DNA of 64,000 nt from Paracoccaceae bacterium. Its GTDB lineage: Bacteria > Pseudomonadota > Alphaproteobacteria > Rhodobacterales > Rhodobacteraceae. Both the position numbers and the translations under genes were made by a program. Positions 60,542-64,000 of the stretch are shown piece after piece. The notes beneath the pieces are model-generated. The model did not search any database. It had not been told where the DNA came from and worked only from the letters and a program-made list of their open reading frames with translations. Each line of letters starts with the position of its first letter. The first letter of the stretch is position 1. Location of the stretch: the NCBI GenBank assembly GCA_027489355.1, contig JAIXZY010000077.1, positions 40,339 to 104,338 of the forward strand, in the 5' to 3' direction.

Positions 60542-61450
60542 GTGCTTGTCTTCACGCATGAAGCGTTTCGCGGCCATGTAACTCCGCCGGGGCATCCCGA
60601 GCGGGTTGAGCGGCTGGCTGCTGTTGAGCGGGGGCTGGCCGGGATTGCCGTGGAACGGCGGGAGTGTCCGGCTGGGGACGACGGTGAGGTGCTGCGGTGT
60701 CATCCGGCGGGGTATCTGGCGCGGGTGAAGGCGGCGGTGCCTTGGGAAGACTGGGTGCAGCTGGATGGGGATACGTTCCTGTCGCCGGGGTCGTTCGAGG
60801 CGGCGATGCGGGCGGTCGGGGGCATTTGCGCGGCGGTGGATGCGGTGGTGAGCGGGGAGGCGAAGACGGCGTTCGTGGCCGGGCGGCCTCCGGGGCATCA
60901 TGCGGAGCGCGAGACGGCGATGGGGTTCTGTCTGTTCGGGACGGTGGCCATCGGCGCGAAGCGGGCGCTGGACCATCATGGGTTGAAGCGCGTGGCCGTG
61001 GTGGATTTCGACGTGCATCACGGGAACGGGACTCAAGATTTGTTGTGGGACGAGGGGCGGTGTCTGTTCGTCTCTTCCCACCAGATGCCCTTGTATCCCG
61101 GCACCGGGCGGCCGGAGGAACGGGGGGCGCATGGGCAGGTGCTGAACCTGCCTTTGCGGTCAGGCTCGGGCGGGCGGGCGATGCGGGAGGTGTACGAGGG
61201 CGTGGTGTTTCCGGCGCTGGCCGCGTGGGAACCTGAGTTGCTGCTCATCTCGGCCGGGTTCGACGCCCATGCCGACGATCCCTTGGCCGGGCTGGAATGG
61301 CAAGCGGAGGATTATCGGTGGCTGACCGACAAGCTCTGCGATTTCGCCGGGGGGCGGGTGGTATCGTCCCTGGAGGGTGGCTATGATCTGGACGCGCTGG
61401 CGTCTTCCGTGGCGGCGCATCTTGCAGTGCTGGAGGAGCGGGGCCGATGA
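60542..61450 (+). CDS. Histone-deacetylase-family (AcuC/AphA-like) protein
   Basis: GHPER, RPPGHHA, GFCLF, DFDVHHGNGT, SAGFDAH, LEGGY. Confidence 0.92.
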   Translation: MLVFTHEAFRGHVTPPGHPERVERLAAVERGLAGIAVERRECPAGDDGEVLRCHPAGYLARVKAAVPWEDWVQLDGDTFLSPGSFEAAMRAVGGICAAVDAVVSGEAKTAFVAGRPPGHHAERETAMGFCLFGTVAIGAKRALDHHGLKRVAVVDFDVHHGNGTQDLLWDEGRCLFVSSHQMPLYPGTGRPEERGAHGQVLNLPLRSGSGGRAMREVYEGVVFPALAAWEPELLLISAGFDAHADDPLAGLEWQAEDYRWLTDKLCDFAGGRVVSSLEGGYDLDALASSVAAHLAVLEERGR

Positions 61451-61686
61451 GCGACAAGCCGGTGGAGACGATGAGCTTCGAAGAGTCGATGGCCGCCCTG
61501 GAGCAGGTCGTGGGGGCTTTGGAGCGGGGCGAGGTGCCGCTGGAGCAGTCGATTGCGCTGTATGAGCGGGGAGCCGCGCTGAAGGCGCATTGCGCGAAGA
61601 AGCTGGCCGAGGCCGAGGAGAAGGTGGAACTGATCCGGGCGCAGGAAGGTCGGGCGGTGGGGACGACTCCGGCGGAGGGGATGTGA
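61447..61686 (+). CDS. xseB: Exodeoxyribonuclease VII small subunit
   Basis: SFEESMAALEQVVGALERGEVPLEQSIALYERG. Confidence 0.93.
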   Translation: MSDKPVETMSFEESMAALEQVVGALERGEVPLEQSIALYERGAALKAHCAKKLAEAEEKVELIRAQEGRAVGTTPAEGM

Positions 61687-62552
61687 GCTTTTCGCAGCGG
61701 CTGGCGGCGGATGCGGCGCTGTGCGAGGCGCGGCTTCTGCGTGCGCTTGAGGGGCGCGCGGACCAGCCGGTGACCGAGGCGATGCGCTATGCGGTGCGGG
61801 GCGGCAAGCGGTTGCGCGGGTTCCTGGTGCTGGAAGGCGCGCGGATGCTTGGGGTTGCGGAGGAGCGGGCGTTAAGCGCGGCGGGGGCGATCGAGGCGCT
61901 GCATGCCTATTCGCTGGTCCACGATGACCTGCCCTGCATGGACGACGACGATCTGCGGCGGGGGCAGCCGACGGTGCACAAGAAGTGGGACGAGGCGACG
62001 GCGGTGTTGGCGGGGGATGCCTTGCAAACGCTGGCCTTCGAACTGCTGTGCGATCCGGCGTTGGGGACTGCCGAGGTGCGGATGGAGCTGGTTTCGGGGC
62101 TGGCAAAGGCCTCGGGGATCGACGGGATGGTGCTGGGCCAGGCGCTGGACATTGCCGCGGAAACGGCGGGGCGGTCCCTGACGCTGGAGGAGATCACCGC
62201 GCTGCAGGCAGGGAAGACCGGGGCGCTGATCGGGTTCGCGGCGGAGGCTGGGGCGGTGATTGCGGGGGCGGATCGCGCTCCGTTGCGGCGGTATGCCGCT
62301 GCGCTGGGGCTGGCTTTCCAGATCGCGGACGACATCCTTGATGTGACCGGCGACGAGGCCAAGACGGGCAAGCGCGTGGGCAAGGATGCGGACGCGGGGA
62401 AGGCGACCTTCGTCTCGCTTCTGGGACTGGAAGGAGCCAGGGCGCGGGCGGCGGAGTTGGTTCGCGAAGCCGAGGTGGCGCTGGCCGGGTATGGAAATGG
62501 CGCGGCCAACTTGATCGCCGCGGCGCGCTTCGTTATCGCGCGGGACAATTGA
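61683..62552 (+). CDS. ispA: Farnesyl diphosphate synthase
   Basis: [44 protein letters not shown]. Confidence 0.94.
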   Translation: MSFSQRLAADAALCEARLLRALEGRADQPVTEAMRYAVRGGKRLRGFLVLEGARMLGVAEERALSAAGAIEALHAYSLVHDDLPCMDDDDLRRGQPTVHKKWDEATAVLAGDALQTLAFELLCDPALGTAEVRMELVSGLAKASGIDGMVLGQALDIAAETAGRSLTLEEITALQAGKTGALIGFAAEAGAVIAGADRAPLRRYAAALGLAFQIADDILDVTGDEAKTGKRVGKDADAGKATFVSLLGLEGARARAAELVREAEVALAGYGNGAANLIAAARFVIARDN

Positions 62553-62568
62553 CCCCGCAAAGGCAGGC

Positions 62569-64000
62569 ATGATGACCGACCGACCCCAGACGCCCCTGCT
62601 TGACCGGGTAACGCTGCCTTCGGACCTGAAGGGCCTGTCCGACCGCGAGCTGCACCAGCTGGCCGATGAGCTGCGGGCCGAGACGATCTCGGCGGTGTCC
62701 GAGACGGGCGGGCATCTGGGCGCGGGGCTGGGGGTCGTCGAGCTGACGGTGGCGATCCATGCGGTGTTTGACACGCCCCGCGACAAGCTGATCTGGGACG
62801 TGGGCCACCAATGCTATCCGCACAAGATCCTGACCGGGCGGCGCGATCGCATCCGGACGCTGCGGATGGAGGGGGGCCTGTCGGGGTTCACCAAGCGGTC
62901 GGAAAGCCCCTATGACCCGTTCGGCGCGGCGCATTCCTCGACGTCGATTTCGGCGGCGCTGGGCTTTGCGATGGCGTCCGAGCTGGGCGGGGACCCCGGG
63001 GACGCGATTGCCGTCATTGGCGACGGGTCGATGTCGGCGGGCATGGCCTTCGAGGCGATGAACAATGCCGGCCATCTGAAGAAGCGGCTTTTCGTCATCC
63101 TGAACGACAACGAGATGTCGATTGCCCCTCCGGTCGGGGCGCTGTCGTCCTATCTGAGCGGGCTTTATGCCACCGCGCCGATGCAGGATCTGAAACAGGT
63201 GGCGAAGGGCATCGTGGGGCTGCTGCCCTCACCTTTCCAGGAGGGGGCGAAGCGGGCCAAGGACATGCTGAAGGGCATGGCCGTGGGCGGGACTTTGTTT
63301 GAATCGCTGGGGTTCGAGTATGTGGGACCCATCGACGGGCATGACCTGGACCAGCTGCTGCCGGTGTTGCGGACGGTGAAGGCGCGGGCGACGGGGCCGG
63401 TCTTGATCCATGTGCTGACCAGGAAGGGCAAGGGCTATGCTCCGGCCGAGGCGGCGCGGGACAAGGGGCACGCGACGGGCAAGTTCGACGTGCTGACCGG
63501 TGTGCAGGTGAAGGCGGCGTCGAATGCTCCGTCCTACACGAAGGTCTTCGCGCAGTCGCTGGTGGCCGAGGCGGAGCGGGATGAGAAGATCGTCGCGGTG
63601 ACGGCGGCGATGCCGGACGGGACGGGGCTGGACCTGTTCGCGGGGCGGTTCCCGAAGCGGTGTTTCGACGTGGGGATTGCGGAACAGCATGCGGTGACGT
63701 TCTCGGCTGGCCTTGCGGCGGGGGGGATGAAGCCGTTCTGCGCGATCTATTCGACCTTCCTGCAGCGCGGGTACGATCAGGTCGTGCACGATGTGGCGAT
63801 CCAGCGGTTGCCGGTGCGGTTCGCCATCGACAGGGCGGGGCTGGTGGGGGCGGACGGTGCGACGCATGCAGGGGCGTTCGACGTGGCGTTCCTCGCGAAC
63901 CTGCCGGGGTTCGTGGTGATGGCGGCGGCGGACGAGGCGGAACTGGTACATATGGTCGCCACTGCGGCGGCGCATGACGCAGGCCCGATAGCCTTCCGGT
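62569..64000 (+). CDS. dxs: 1-deoxy-D-xylulose-5-phosphate synthase (runs off the right edge)
   Basis: Not in the ORF track; manual translation [59 protein letters not shown]. Confidence 0.96.
   Translation, partial: MMTDRPQTPLLDRVTLPSDLKGLSDRELHQLADELRAETISAVSETGGHLGAGLGVVELTVAIHAVFDTPRDKLIWDVGHQCYPHKILTGRRDRIRTLRMEGGLSGFTKRSESPYDPFGAAHSSTSISAALGFAMASELGGDPGDAIAVIGDGSMSAGMAFEAMNNAGHLKKRLFVILNDNEMSIAPPVGALSSYLSGLYATAPMQDLKQVAKGIVGLLPSPFQEGAKRAKDMLKGMAVGGTLFESLGFEYVGPIDGHDLDQLLPVLRTVKARATGPVLIHVLTRKGKGYAPAEAARDKGHATGKFDVLTGVQVKAASNAPSYTKVFAQSLVAEAERDEKIVAVTAAMPDGTGLDLFAGRFPKRCFDVGIAEQHAVTFSAGLAAGGMKPFCAIYSTFLQRGYDQVVHDVAIQRLPVRFAIDRAGLVGADGATHAGAFDVAFLANLPGFVVMAAADEAELVHMVATAAAHDAGPIAFR

Overview
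High-GC alphaproteobacterial chromosome segment; gene content and order point to Rhodobacteraceae. No rRNA, tRNA, IS element, prophage or CRISPR array was seen. Left part (1-14.7 kb): an oxidative L-arabinose/D-galactose catabolic cluster with two sugar ABC systems (YtfQRT-like and ChvE-MmsAB) and a divergent LysR. At 14.7-23.2 kb is a LacI-controlled locus pairing a MocD/MocE-like di-iron oxygenase and Rieske ferredoxin with a degenerate PanB-like protein, an IolI-like TIM barrel, a sugar ABC transporter and inositol 2-dehydrogenase. This is the best candidate for an undescribed system (O-methyl-cyclitol demethylation with a possible formaldehyde sink); the function is inferred. The centre is the conserved secB/dnaQ-coaE-aroE-maf | hemJ-rho-mnmE-mnmG-rsmG-parA-parB block, with an oriC-like intergenic region and two parS sites. 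Spot counts suggest GC skew does not switch at that region. The right part holds hemW-rdgB-rph, hrcA-grpE, mutS, an hslVU operon split by an antisense orphan brnA, rpsO, an RTX-repeat protein, mtgA-fzlA-queG, a non-phosphorylative L-fucose pathway, an unannotated 55-aa basic ORF, ohrR-ohr, ilvE, petPR and HDAC-xseB-ispA-dxs. At least three families of short palindromic intergenic repeats recur. All calls come from reading the sequence and recalled family motifs; no database search was run.
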